This document shows, piece by piece, positions 17,176 through 25,821 of a DNA stretch of 64,000 nucleotides. The stretch is from Candidatus Omnitrophota bacterium (lineage in GTDB: Bacteria > Omnitrophota > Gorgyraeia > Gygaellales > Profunditerraquicolaceae), in NCBI GenBank assembly GCA_041661605.1, contig JBAZUE010000003.1, positions 13,934 through 77,933 on the forward strand, read 5' to 3'. Each line of letters opens with the position of its first letter. Within the stretch, counting starts at the first letter, position 1. The translations under genes and the position numbers were made by a program. The notes beneath the pieces were generated by a model. It had not been told where the DNA came from and made no database searches. It was given only the letters and a program-made list of their open reading frames with translations.

Positions 17176-18425
17176 AGAAATAAATACGCGGCAATTACCG
17201 CAGCAAAAGTAAAAGGAATCCCGATTTTCATGAAGTCGCTGAATTTCACCGGATAACCTTCTTTCTTAAGCAGCCCGCAGGCGACAATATTAGCCGAAGC
17301 GCCGATAGGAGTAATGTTACCTCCGATACTGGCACCGATAAGCAGGCCGAAAAGGAATAAAGCAGGGTTCACTTGCAGCTTGCTGGACATGATCATGGCA
17401 ACCGGCAGCATGGCGGCTAAGAAAGGAACATTGTCGACAAATGCAGAAAGTACAACCGAAAGGAATACTATCGCGGTATAACCCAGGAATATGTTGCCTC
17501 CGACAAGTCCGGCCAGATAATCAGCCAATACCCCGATCCATCCGGTAAGCGAAATAGCCCCTACAATAATAAAGATGCCTATAAGGAAGAAAGTTGTATC
17601 CCAATCAAGGCCTTTCATCCCGGCGGCTATTGAGCGCTTATTTACAAACTTTTCCCAAAGTAGGGCAATAATACCAAAAACCATACAAATTTGCCCAGCC
17701 ATATAACTAAAACCTGTATCAAAGAATGACGATAAAGCCAGCAGAATAACCAGGCTCACCAACAAAATCGAAGGTACCCATGACTTTACTTTTTCAACCG
17801 GTACAAGCTGCGTCTTTTCTTTATGCTTACTGAATATAAAATAAAGCACAAAGAAAGAAACCAGCGCCCCCAATTCTACGGCAAAGAATATCCCGGGCTT
17901 ACCCTTATAAAAAAAGAAATCCCCAAAATTCATCTTAGCAAACCCACCCAAGAGCATGCTTGGAGGATCCCCGATTAAGGTTGCCGTGCCCTGCAAATTG
18001 CTGGAAACAGCGATAGCGATCATCATATTAGTGGGGTTGATTTTAAGTTTTTTTGCCAGGGACAGGGCGATTGGGGCGACGATTAAGACCGTAGCTACAT
18101 TCTCCACAAAAGCAGAGATAAAACCGGACAGAATACAAATAAATAAAATTGCCCAAACCGTACTTTTAGCCTTATCGACAATTATTTCGGCAATATAGGC
18201 AGGAACCCGGCTCTGCATGAACACATCGGCAATAATTAAAGTGCCCACAAATATGCCCATGACGTTCCAGTTAACCGCCAGGAACGCATCCTTAAAAGAA
18301 ATAACCTGGACAAAAACAAGCAGCAGGCTAGCGGCCAAAGCAACTATTGTTCGCCTTTGCGGGATAATTACAAAAAGCATATAAGAAATAACAAAAACTA
18401 ACAAGGCTATAATTTTTGGCTCCAT
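17157..18425 (-). CDS. ArsB/NhaD-superfamily (citrate-transporter-like) permease
   Basis: 422-aa polytopic ORF with the duplicated-half architecture and G/A-rich re-entrant loops (GTATLIGDPPS, GGNITPIGASANIV). Confidence 0.7.
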   Translation of the reverse strand: MEPKIIALLVFVISYMLFVIIPQRRTIVALAASLLLVFVQVISFKDAFLAVNWNVMGIFVGTLIIADVFMQSRVPAYIAEIIVDKAKSTVWAILFICILSGFISAFVENVATVLIVAPIALSLAKKLKINPTNMMIAIAVSSNLQGTATLIGDPPSMLLGGFAKMNFGDFFFYKGKPGIFFAVELGALVSFFVLYFIFSKHKEKTQLVPVEKVKSWVPSILLVSLVILLALSSFFDTGFSYMAGQICMVFGIIALLWEKFVNKRSIAAGMKGLDWDTTFFLIGIFIIVGAISLTGWIGVLADYLAGLVGGNIFLGYTAIVFLSVVLSAFVDNVPFLAAMLPVAMIMSSKLQVNPALFLFGLLIGASIGGNITPIGASANIVACGLLKKEGYPVKFSDFMKIGIPFTFAAVIAAYLFLWFIWG

Positions 18426-18459
18426 ATTTCTCCTAGACCCTAAAGCTCTTTTTTCGGCT

Positions 18460-18843
18460 TTAGCTTAAACTTACAAAAACTATTCCTATAACGATTAACC
18501 CGGTGCCCAGCCAGCGTAAATAACCGAATTTTTCTTTTAAAATGTACCTAGAGGCCAGGGCAATAAAAATATAATGCATACTGTCGGCAGAAAAAGCGAA
18601 ATTAAGATCCGCCTTAGAAAGTACAAGCAGCCAGATACATAATGATATTACGCTAAATAAGAAACTCAGCCAAAGCCTGGGCTTAATCAACAGCTGAAAG
18701 ATAAATTTAAATATTTTAATGAAGTTAAATTTAGGCGAGAAATTCAAAGAGTCTATCGCAGACTTTAAAAACAACTGGTTCACCGTATCACACAGACTGG
18801 TTAAGGCAATCATAAAAAGAATAAGCAGCAGGCCTTCTCTCAT
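18460..18843 (-). CDS. Small EamA/SMR-like 4-TM protein, half of a pair (ArnE/ArnF-like)
   Basis: 127-aa ORF with four predicted TM helices. Its start lies directly next to the stop of the preceding 137-aa paralogue. Confidence 0.5.
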   Translation of the reverse strand: MREGLLLILFMIALTSLCDTVNQLFLKSAIDSLNFSPKFNFIKIFKFIFQLLIKPRLWLSFLFSVISLCIWLLVLSKADLNFAFSADSMHYIFIALASRYILKEKFGYLRWLGTGLIVIGIVFVSLS

Positions 18844-19257
18844 TTACTCTTTCGCGATCCTTTCTTTGCTGCTTAAAGAAACAAGGATAACTCCTGCAAG
18901 AATAAACAATATCCCAGCCCATCTTAAAGCAGAGATATGCTCATGTAAAAAAATAACCGAAACCACCGGAACAAGGATATAGCTGAAACTGGCGATAGGT
19001 ACAGCTACGCTTAAGTCTATTTTAGAAAGAATCGTAGACCAAATGATAAAGACTACGGCTACAGTCAATAATCCTGCCCATAAAAATGGGGAAGAAAAAA
19101 CCCCTTTAAGGAAAATAACCGCGTTAGGCAGATCAATTGCCGAAAACTCGGTTTGAGCCAGGGCTCCTTTTTTAAAAAAGAAATGTATTGCTGTCTCCAG
19201 CATATCGCTGGCAACAAGCAACAGCAATATCTTTAACGTCACTTTCTTTTTAAACAT
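18844..19257 (-). CDS. Small EamA/SMR-like 4-TM protein, half of a pair (ArnE/ArnF-like)
   Basis: 137-aa ORF with four predicted TM helices and an EamA-like pattern (RWAGILFILAGVILV). Confidence 0.5.
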   Translation of the reverse strand: MFKKKVTLKILLLLVASDMLETAIHFFFKKGALAQTEFSAIDLPNAVIFLKGVFSSPFLWAGLLTVAVVFIIWSTILSKIDLSVAVPIASFSYILVPVVSVIFLHEHISALRWAGILFILAGVILVSLSSKERIAKE

Positions 19258-19262
19258 AGATT

Positions 19263-20384
19263 TTATCTCCTGATGTCCTTATCAAAATTATCAGGTTTTA
19301 AGAATACCGCCAGTAACTTCAGCAAGAAATTTAAAAGAGCATTTTTATGCTTCAGATATGCGTAAAGCGGAATAATTTTACCGCCCAGCCTGATCTTAGG
19401 CTCATAATCCGTCTGCCCCGGATGGTAATAACGCAAAGAATTATTTATGCACCATTTAATATTATAAGCCCAACTGACAAAATACAGATTAAAACGGTTA
19501 GATATATCATAATTGAATCCAATAAATTTATCAATGAGTAAATCTTTGTAGACGAAACAAAGATTAAAAGCGGCCAGCGAACCATCTACATAGTAAAGAA
19601 AAAAACGTGTGTGCGGGGACAGATCCTCAGACACCCGCAGAAAAAACTTCTTATTCAGGCGTTCAAATTTAGTTGAACCCCCATGGTAAGTATTTTCATA
19701 AAGTTGAATTATCTGGTCAATCTGGCTGTTAACATCCCGCACTTCTTTAACCTCAATATTTCCCCGGGCATAGGCCTGCCTTAATTTCTTGTTTAAATTT
19801 TTGCGGGTGGAACCCCCCAGGCTTTTAAGATACTCTTCAAAAGAAGAAAAATTTAAATCCAGGAGCACAGAGGGAAAACTTTCTACTTTAGTAAAGCCCC
19901 TGCATATCAAGGCATCCAATAATAACGTGTTTTCTTTTAAGAAGTCTTTGAAGATAATCAAAGGGGTTCCGAGCTCAAGCGCTGAATCTTTTATACCCGA
20001 TAAAAGGCTTGGGATCAGATCTGGGTTATTCCGGAACCCCTCCCTAATCCCTAAGACCCCATATTCCCCAAAAGGCGAGCCGCAGAATAATGTTTTGAAG
20101 ACCAGAAAACGCGGCAGGAGCTTACGGATTTGCTTAATAATCCCGGAAAGTGGCCCTTCAACAGCGATGTCTAAGTTAAAATCCGAGCTGAATAATGGAG
20201 CGATAAGCACAATTTCATTATCACGATAAATAACCAGATAATAAAAAACAAACTCAGCAAGCCCGGAATTTCCCAGGGTTTTATAAAAAGGATAGCTTTC
20301 CGGGATATCACCGAAAACAGCATCCCAGTCTTTTTTATCAATATTGTCAATATTGTCGTATAGCTTATAATTAATTTCAGACAT
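19263..20384 (-). CDS. FemAB/BioF2-like GNAT-fold acyl/aminoacyl-transferase
   Basis: 373-aa ORF. Its length and C-terminal pattern (AAFNLCFVYKD...FIGFNYD) resemble the Acetyltransf_6/FemAB-like family. This is a pattern-level call. Confidence 0.4.
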   Translation of the reverse strand: MSEINYKLYDNIDNIDKKDWDAVFGDIPESYPFYKTLGNSGLAEFVFYYLVIYRDNEIVLIAPLFSSDFNLDIAVEGPLSGIIKQIRKLLPRFLVFKTLFCGSPFGEYGVLGIREGFRNNPDLIPSLLSGIKDSALELGTPLIIFKDFLKENTLLLDALICRGFTKVESFPSVLLDLNFSSFEEYLKSLGGSTRKNLNKKLRQAYARGNIEVKEVRDVNSQIDQIIQLYENTYHGGSTKFERLNKKFFLRVSEDLSPHTRFFLYYVDGSLAAFNLCFVYKDLLIDKFIGFNYDISNRFNLYFVSWAYNIKWCINNSLRYYHPGQTDYEPKIRLGGKIIPLYAYLKHKNALLNFLLKLLAVFLKPDNFDKDIRR

Positions 20385-20480
20385 AAGTCAGAGGACCATG
20401 GTTTGCGTTCCTTTACGCAAAGCCATAAGTTAGAGAACTATGGTTTGCCTTCCAATTAGCAAAGCCATAAGTTAGAGAAC
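20381..20480 (-). repeat. Two tandem 42-nt leader repeats plus a third partial copy that contains the real start codon
   Basis: Units 20397-20438 and 20439-20480 are 36/42 identical, with a perfect 22-nt core GCAAAGCCATAAGTTAGAGAAC at 20417-20438 and 20459-20480. A 13/15 partial copy at 20382-20396 carries the start codon of the 373-aa gene. Confidence 0.85.
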
Positions 20481-20492
20481 CACAGAGTTATC

Positions 20493-20521
20493 TTGAATTT
20501 CTGCCTATTTTAGCATAGAAT
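20493..20521 (+). promoter_or_regulatory. Sigma70-type promoter for the DegT-family aminotransferase operon
   Basis: TTGAAT (20493-20498), 17 nt, TAGAAT (20516-20521). On the opposite strand an extended -10, TGCTAAAAT (20515-20507), overlaps it, giving a back-to-back divergent promoter pair. Confidence 0.45.
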
Positions 20522-20553
20522 AGATAAGTATGTGAGAAAAAAGGAAATTAAAT

Positions 20554-21780
20554 TTGAGCTTGATCAAAGAAATTCCGCCAACTGCAGGCTGGCCGATTAC
20601 AACGAGAAGTTTAGTCCCTCCTCTTTTTAAAAAACTGCCTAAAGGACTATTGGAAGAAGATTTTAAAGAATATTTAAACTCTTCTTCTGCTTTGCTTACT
20701 TACTCCGGGACTGCTGCATTTTATCTTATCCTTGAGGGCATAAAGAAACTTTCCGATAAAAAAACAGTAATCATCCCTGCTTTTGTCTGCCCTCTGATCC
20801 CTTTAGCAATAAAAAGAGCCGGCCTAAAGGTAAAGATTTGCGACATAAACCAGGATAATTTTGATTTTAATATAAACAGGCTGGGCAGAATCTGCACAGA
20901 AGATAAAGACATCCTGGCAATCCTTGCCGTGCACCTGGCAGGAATACCAATAGAGATGGAGGCCATCAAGAAAATAATCGATGGAAATAATATTTTCATT
21001 ATTGAAGATTGCGCGCAAAGCTTAGGGGCTGAATATCAAAACAAGAAAACAGGTTCAATCGGGGAATTTTCTTTTTTTAGCCTCTGCCGAGGCAAAGGCC
21101 TGACTATTTATGAAGGCGGCCTGGCAATAACCAACCGGCCTGAATATGTCCGGACGCTAGAGAATACCGCAAAAGAAATCATGCATCCGGATATCTTCTC
21201 CGAATATTTAAAAATAGCGGAGTTATTTGCTTACAGTGTTTTCTACCGGCCGTCTTTATTTTGGTTTGCCTTCAGGTTACCGCAGATATTCTGGCAGAGC
21301 CGCAATAATCCCATAAAGGCGATGGGTGAATACTTTGAACCTGATTTTCCAACACATGAGGTTTCCTCGTTCAGGGAATATATAGGTCATCTTAATTTTC
21401 CTTATTTAAACAGGGAAATAGATAAGCAAAAGGAAAAGATTGATTTTTATTTAAATGCGCTCAAGGGTCTGGGCTGGATCAAACCTATTACGCAACGGCA
21501 GCAAACAAAAGCAAGCTATCCTTATCTTGCCGTTATTTTTGATACGCCTGGAAAAAGAAACTCTGCTCTAAATATTTTCAAGGATTCCGGGCTGGGGGTA
21601 TCTCAAGTATATCTACGGGCAATTACGGATTATGATTATTTAAAGGGCATTGTTCCTGAGGCAGATTGCGCAGGAGCCCGCAGAATTGCGCAACAAAGCA
21701 TTACTTTAAGCACGAACAGTTTCCTGGAGGAATCTGATTTAAAAAAAATAGTCAATAACCTTAAGGAAAGTAAAACATAA
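20554..21780 (+). CDS. DegT/DnrJ/EryC1/StrS-family PLP-dependent aminotransferase (TTG start)
   Basis: 408-aa ORF with the family pattern (IPAFVCPLIPLAI, IIEDCAQSLGA) and the PLP-lysine region FSFFSLCRGKGLTIYEGG. Confidence 0.8.
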   Translation: MSLIKEIPPTAGWPITTRSLVPPLFKKLPKGLLEEDFKEYLNSSSALLTYSGTAAFYLILEGIKKLSDKKTVIIPAFVCPLIPLAIKRAGLKVKICDINQDNFDFNINRLGRICTEDKDILAILAVHLAGIPIEMEAIKKIIDGNNIFIIEDCAQSLGAEYQNKKTGSIGEFSFFSLCRGKGLTIYEGGLAITNRPEYVRTLENTAKEIMHPDIFSEYLKIAELFAYSVFYRPSLFWFAFRLPQIFWQSRNNPIKAMGEYFEPDFPTHEVSSFREYIGHLNFPYLNREIDKQKEKIDFYLNALKGLGWIKPITQRQQTKASYPYLAVIFDTPGKRNSALNIFKDSGLGVSQVYLRAITDYDYLKGIVPEADCAGARRIAQQSITLSTNSFLEESDLKKIVNNLKESKT

Positions 21781-21781
21781 T

Positions 21782-22645
21782 ATGGTAATTTTCTCATTTA
21801 AAGAAGACAGACGCCGGATTAACGATATTCCTGATACCGGTTTTTTCCTGCCCGGAGATAAGAATCTTTGTTTCTTAATCCATGGGCTTACAGGCACAGC
21901 CAAGGAGATGGGCGCCATTGCCCAACGCTTAAATAAACAAGGCTTTTCCGTAACTGTACCCCTGCTGCTCAATCATGATAAATCTATCTCTTGCCTTAAA
22001 AGAACCAGCTGGCAGGATATCTATAAATCTATCCGCAACGAATTTATCAAATACACCAATGACTACGAGAATATCTTCGTAGCCGGGCTGTCTTTCGGCG
22101 CTTTAATCGGAATAATGTTAACTCATGAATTCCCCGACAAAGTAAAAGCGCTAAACTGTTTCTCCCCCACCCTGTTCTATGATGGGTGGGGCAATCCCAA
22201 ATCCAGGATTTTTCTACCCCTGGTCTACAAGACCCCGTTTAAATACTGGCTGTATTTTAAAGAAGGATACCCTTACGGGCTAAAAAATGAACGCCTGCGC
22301 TCCAAAGTTGAAAGTTTCTATAAAGACGCCGGGCTCTTTGATTACAGCAAAGTACATCTTTACGGCTACCCGGTAATCCCTGTAGCCTGTATGCACCAAA
22401 ATTCACTTTTAGCCAAAAAGGTAATTTCCATCCTCGAAGATATACAAACCCCCATACAATTGCTGCAGGCAAGAGAAGATGATGTAACCAGCCCAAAGAA
22501 TTCTTATTGTATTTATAACCGCGTTAGCTCCCGGGAAAAAGAAATAATCTTCCTGGAAAATTCTTACCACATTATTACTGCTGACCAGGAAAGAGATAAA
22601 GTAGCCGAAAAAACGGTAGCCTTTTTTGAGAAACACAAGGCTTAA
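21782..22645 (+). CDS. Alpha/beta-hydrolase (esterase/lipase type)
   Basis: 287-aa ORF with the oxyanion region LIHGLTG and the nucleophile elbow GLSFGA. The C-terminal His region is ENSYHIIT. Confidence 0.7.
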   Translation: MVIFSFKEDRRRINDIPDTGFFLPGDKNLCFLIHGLTGTAKEMGAIAQRLNKQGFSVTVPLLLNHDKSISCLKRTSWQDIYKSIRNEFIKYTNDYENIFVAGLSFGALIGIMLTHEFPDKVKALNCFSPTLFYDGWGNPKSRIFLPLVYKTPFKYWLYFKEGYPYGLKNERLRSKVESFYKDAGLFDYSKVHLYGYPVIPVACMHQNSLLAKKVISILEDIQTPIQLLQAREDDVTSPKNSYCIYNRVSSREKEIIFLENSYHIITADQERDKVAEKTVAFFEKHKA

Positions 22646-23571
22646 AGAAATATTTCTTGGAGGATTTCCAGATTAGTCTGCTGGTTTACGCTAAGGATTA
22701 AATCAGCGGAGCAATGATTTACCGCAAGTTCCTTGGGATGATCCAGTCTGGAAAGCGCAGCTTTTAGCCTGCTGGAAATTACCGGAGGCGAATAATCTCC
22801 CGTTACATCTAAACCGATTATATCTAAATTCTCGCGTATAACCCTCACCATGGTTAAAAGCTGAACCAAGCTTAAATAACCCTGCTCCCAGTTAGTAAGC
22901 GAAAATTCACTTTTAAGGCAATCCTTATCTATTGAGATATAAACTTTTTGAGTAGGCAGCCGCTTGATTAATTTCAAAATAAAATCAGCTAAATCTTCTT
23001 TTTCCAGCTCATGCCATATAATCCTGCTTGAGAAAAAATACCTTTTAACATTAATTGAATTATTTTCTGCGACATGCCTGAAGTAAACCCGGCTGGATTT
23101 GCGCCTGTAAGGATAAATCTCAAGGCGATTTTCCGCCAATCTACCAAGATCCCCTGTTAGCAATGCGGCCCCGGATAAATCGTTGGATCCCATGCCAATA
23201 AGCAGGCATTTAGAAATATGTTTATTTTTCAGTGCCTGAGCAACCCATGATCCGCAGCCAAAGCGCGGAGGCAGAATATCCCAGTCCGGATGAAAATCAA
23301 ATACGATCAAACAAACAGGTTCATTGATCTGGCTGGTTAATATTTCGCTGAGATGGTGGAAATCTCCGGAGCCTAAAAAAGTAGGGAAGTTTTTTTCTTG
23401 GGGGATAAGAGAATCTGCTATTCTTTGGCGCACGGCCTCCGGCATAAAAAGCCTGGCAGAGGAAGCCAGGCCGGTAAAATCAAAGACCTTTGCAGTATAC
23501 TGGGAAAGTAGTTTGGGCTGCCGGATAATACTGTTGTCAAAATTTAAGATACGAATAGCTTTATTCAACAT
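22642..23571 (-). CDS. Arginase/ureohydrolase-fold protein with divergent metal-site motifs
   Basis: 309-aa ORF. GSGDFHHLS, VFDFHPDWD, ISIDKDCL and GLDVTGDYSP line up with the arginase-family GGDHS / DAHxD / SxDxD / DxxE blocks but are altered. Confidence 0.45.
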   Translation of the reverse strand: MLNKAIRILNFDNSIIRQPKLLSQYTAKVFDFTGLASSARLFMPEAVRQRIADSLIPQEKNFPTFLGSGDFHHLSEILTSQINEPVCLIVFDFHPDWDILPPRFGCGSWVAQALKNKHISKCLLIGMGSNDLSGAALLTGDLGRLAENRLEIYPYRRKSSRVYFRHVAENNSINVKRYFFSSRIIWHELEKEDLADFILKLIKRLPTQKVYISIDKDCLKSEFSLTNWEQGYLSLVQLLTMVRVIRENLDIIGLDVTGDYSPPVISSRLKAALSRLDHPKELAVNHCSADLILSVNQQTNLEILQEIFL

Positions 23572-23616
23572 GCAGGAAATTTAACTCCTGCCTTTTATTA
23601 CGGCAAGTAAAGAATA

Positions 23617-25032
23617 TTATGATTTCTTAAGGGCCTTATTTAACGCTTCTTCAAAAAGCTCTACCCCCAAGTCAATCTCTTCTTCTGTAATATAAAATGA
23701 CGGGGCAATGGTAAAGACATTCTTATAATAACCGCCGACATCAAGAATCAAGCCTCGTTTCTTGCCTCCGGCGCTTAAAGAACCGCTTAAACCTAAATTT
23801 ACAATCCTATCGGTTAATTCTTTATCCGGAGTATAGCCGTCTTTACCGCACATCTCTATCCTTAAAGCCAGGCCAAGACCATCCACGTCTCCTATCTGCG
23901 GATACTTTTTCTGCAGCTTCTTAATCCTTGAGATAAAATACTGTCCTTTTCTGGGTACAGACACAGAGAAATCAGATTCCTCAATCAATTTCATTACTTC
24001 CAGTCCCACGGCTGTCCCCAGAGGATTGCTTGAAAATGTCGAGTGAGTTGACCCCGGAGGGAAAATGTCCGGAGAGATAAACTTCTCCTTGGCCCAAATC
24101 CCTGAGATAGGGTTTAATCCGTTAGTTAAAGCTTTGCCGAAAACAATAATATCGGGAGTGATATTAAAATGCTCAATCGCCCAGAATTTACCGGTACGGA
24201 AAAATCCCATTTGTATTTCATCATCAATAAAAAGAATGCCATAACGATCAAGTATCTCTTTTAACCCAGAAAAATAATCCTGCGGAGGAATTATATAACC
24301 ACCCGTACCTTGGACGGCTTCTGCGTAAAAAGCAACGAATTCGCACTTATTGTTCTTTTTATTTACTACTGAATGGTACTCGGTTTCAAAGAGTTTCTCA
24401 AATTGTTTAAGGCAGTATAGATCGCAAAAATCCTTCTTTTTATCATAAGGGCACCTGAAACAATAGGGATAAGGTACAAACATCGCCCTGTCCCCAAAGT
24501 GGCCAAATCTTTCCCTGTACCTAAAGCTTGAGGTGATTGCTGATGCCCCCAATGTCCTGCCATGATAACCGCCCATAAACGCAAACACCAGGCTTCTACC
24601 GGAATAGTTACGTACCAATTTCAGCGAGTCTTCCAGGGCACTTGAACCGCCGACATTAAAATGGATCCTGCCTTTTTCCTCAAATGTGCGCTCATTTTTT
24701 TGTGCTAATTTTGCGGCAAGCTGGATCTTTTCCTCATGCAAATACTGACAGGCAAGCTGCGGCAAGGTATCAATCTGTTTTTTTAAGGCGGCGTTTAAGC
24801 GTTTATTTTTATACCCAAAGTTAACCGCAGAATACCACATCTGTAGATCTAAGAATTCCACGCCCTGCTGATCATAAAGATAGCAACCTTCGGCGCTCTT
24901 AAATACATTTAACTTCTCGGCGTAATGCACCGTATCCCCCCATGAGCAGTATTTCGCCTCCAGGTTCAACAGCTGCTCGGATGGAACAATCTTTTCGTTC
25001 TTGCCTGCCCTGGTCAATTGTTTTTGGCTCAC
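23617..25032 (-). CDS. Class-III (omega-type) PLP-dependent aminotransferase
   Basis: 471-aa ORF with FIDDEIQMGFFRTGKFWA and DIIVFGKALTNG (PLP lysine), typical of the class-III family. Confidence 0.85.
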   Translation of the reverse strand: MSQKQLTRAGKNEKIVPSEQLLNLEAKYCSWGDTVHYAEKLNVFKSAEGCYLYDQQGVEFLDLQMWYSAVNFGYKNKRLNAALKKQIDTLPQLACQYLHEEKIQLAAKLAQKNERTFEEKGRIHFNVGGSSALEDSLKLVRNYSGRSLVFAFMGGYHGRTLGASAITSSFRYRERFGHFGDRAMFVPYPYCFRCPYDKKKDFCDLYCLKQFEKLFETEYHSVVNKKNNKCEFVAFYAEAVQGTGGYIIPPQDYFSGLKEILDRYGILFIDDEIQMGFFRTGKFWAIEHFNITPDIIVFGKALTNGLNPISGIWAKEKFISPDIFPPGSTHSTFSSNPLGTAVGLEVMKLIEESDFSVSVPRKGQYFISRIKKLQKKYPQIGDVDGLGLALRIEMCGKDGYTPDKELTDRIVNLGLSGSLSAGGKKRGLILDVGGYYKNVFTIAPSFYITEEEIDLGVELFEEALNKALKKS

Positions 25033-25703
25033 GCTAGTTTCCTTTTTAAGTGGTTAAAGACCTCTTTCAGATTATGAAAGGGTATGTGACTTAGTTTATT
25101 ATCTTTAAAATACCTGAGTAAATTGTCCTTAGCAAAAATCAACTGGGCATATTTAGCCGGACAGATATCTGAAGAGCCATCTCCGACATAAATTATTATA
25201 GAGCCTTTTGGCGTTCTTGCCAAAAGGTTTTTTGTCTTGCAATGCGCACAAACCTGACAATCCTTATTTTTAAAAGGGTAATCCGTAACAATCTTATCCC
25301 GGCAGAAGCTCAATTTATTAGCCAGGACTTTAAGTTTCTTTATCCCGTTAATCTTTAATATCTTATTAAGGATATAATCAAAATTATCGCTTAAGACTAC
25401 GGTCTTTACTTTCTTTGCCTGCAGGAATTTATAGAGGGCCTTAAAATAAGGATCAAACTTTATTTTAGGAAGATACTCATCCAGGGATTTCTTATTCAAA
25501 TCCATGCCCCGGAGTTGATACTCCATACAGGTTTTTGAACCGATCCTGCCGCTTTTCCACTTTTTTTCCAATTCCACCCAACGGTCATCCCGGGAGAAAA
25601 GTAAAAGCATATTATCAAAGACATCGCAAGTGGCGATAGTATTGTCAAAATCAAAGAATACAATGCACTTTTTAGGATTAAATTTGCTGTCTTTATCTAA
25701 CAT
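25029..25703 (-). CDS. HAD-IB phosphatase (MtnX/PSPase-like)
   Basis: 224-aa ORF with HAD motif I FFDFDNTI and motif IV VGDGSSD. It overlaps the aminotransferase gene by 4 nt. Confidence 0.65.
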   Translation of the reverse strand: MLDKDSKFNPKKCIVFFDFDNTIATCDVFDNMLLLFSRDDRWVELEKKWKSGRIGSKTCMEYQLRGMDLNKKSLDEYLPKIKFDPYFKALYKFLQAKKVKTVVLSDNFDYILNKILKINGIKKLKVLANKLSFCRDKIVTDYPFKNKDCQVCAHCKTKNLLARTPKGSIIIYVGDGSSDICPAKYAQLIFAKDNLLRYFKDNKLSHIPFHNLKEVFNHLKRKLA

Positions 25704-25713
25704 ATATTTAGGT

Positions 25714-25751
25714 AAAATATTACCCCTATTGTTTTATAGGGGTAATATTTT
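25714..25751 (-). terminator. Perfect 16-bp hairpin, bidirectional terminator-like
   Basis: AAAATATTACCCCTAT-TGTTTT-ATAGGGGTAATATTTT, with A/T runs on both flanks. It lies between the radical SAM gene and the HAD gene. Confidence 0.6.
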
Positions 25752-25821
25752 TAAGGTGAGCCGCTTTTATTTTTTTATTTTACCTCTAAGCCCAATGGCT
25801 GTCAATACCCATTTTTAAGGT

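Noticed and set aside
23572-23616. Hairpin GCAGGAGTTAAATTTCCTGC that pairs the SD of the arginase-fold gene with the sequence just before its ATG
   Set aside because: The stem is only 6 bp and has no U-tract. It could form by chance in AT-rich sequence, so it is too weak to call a translational switch.
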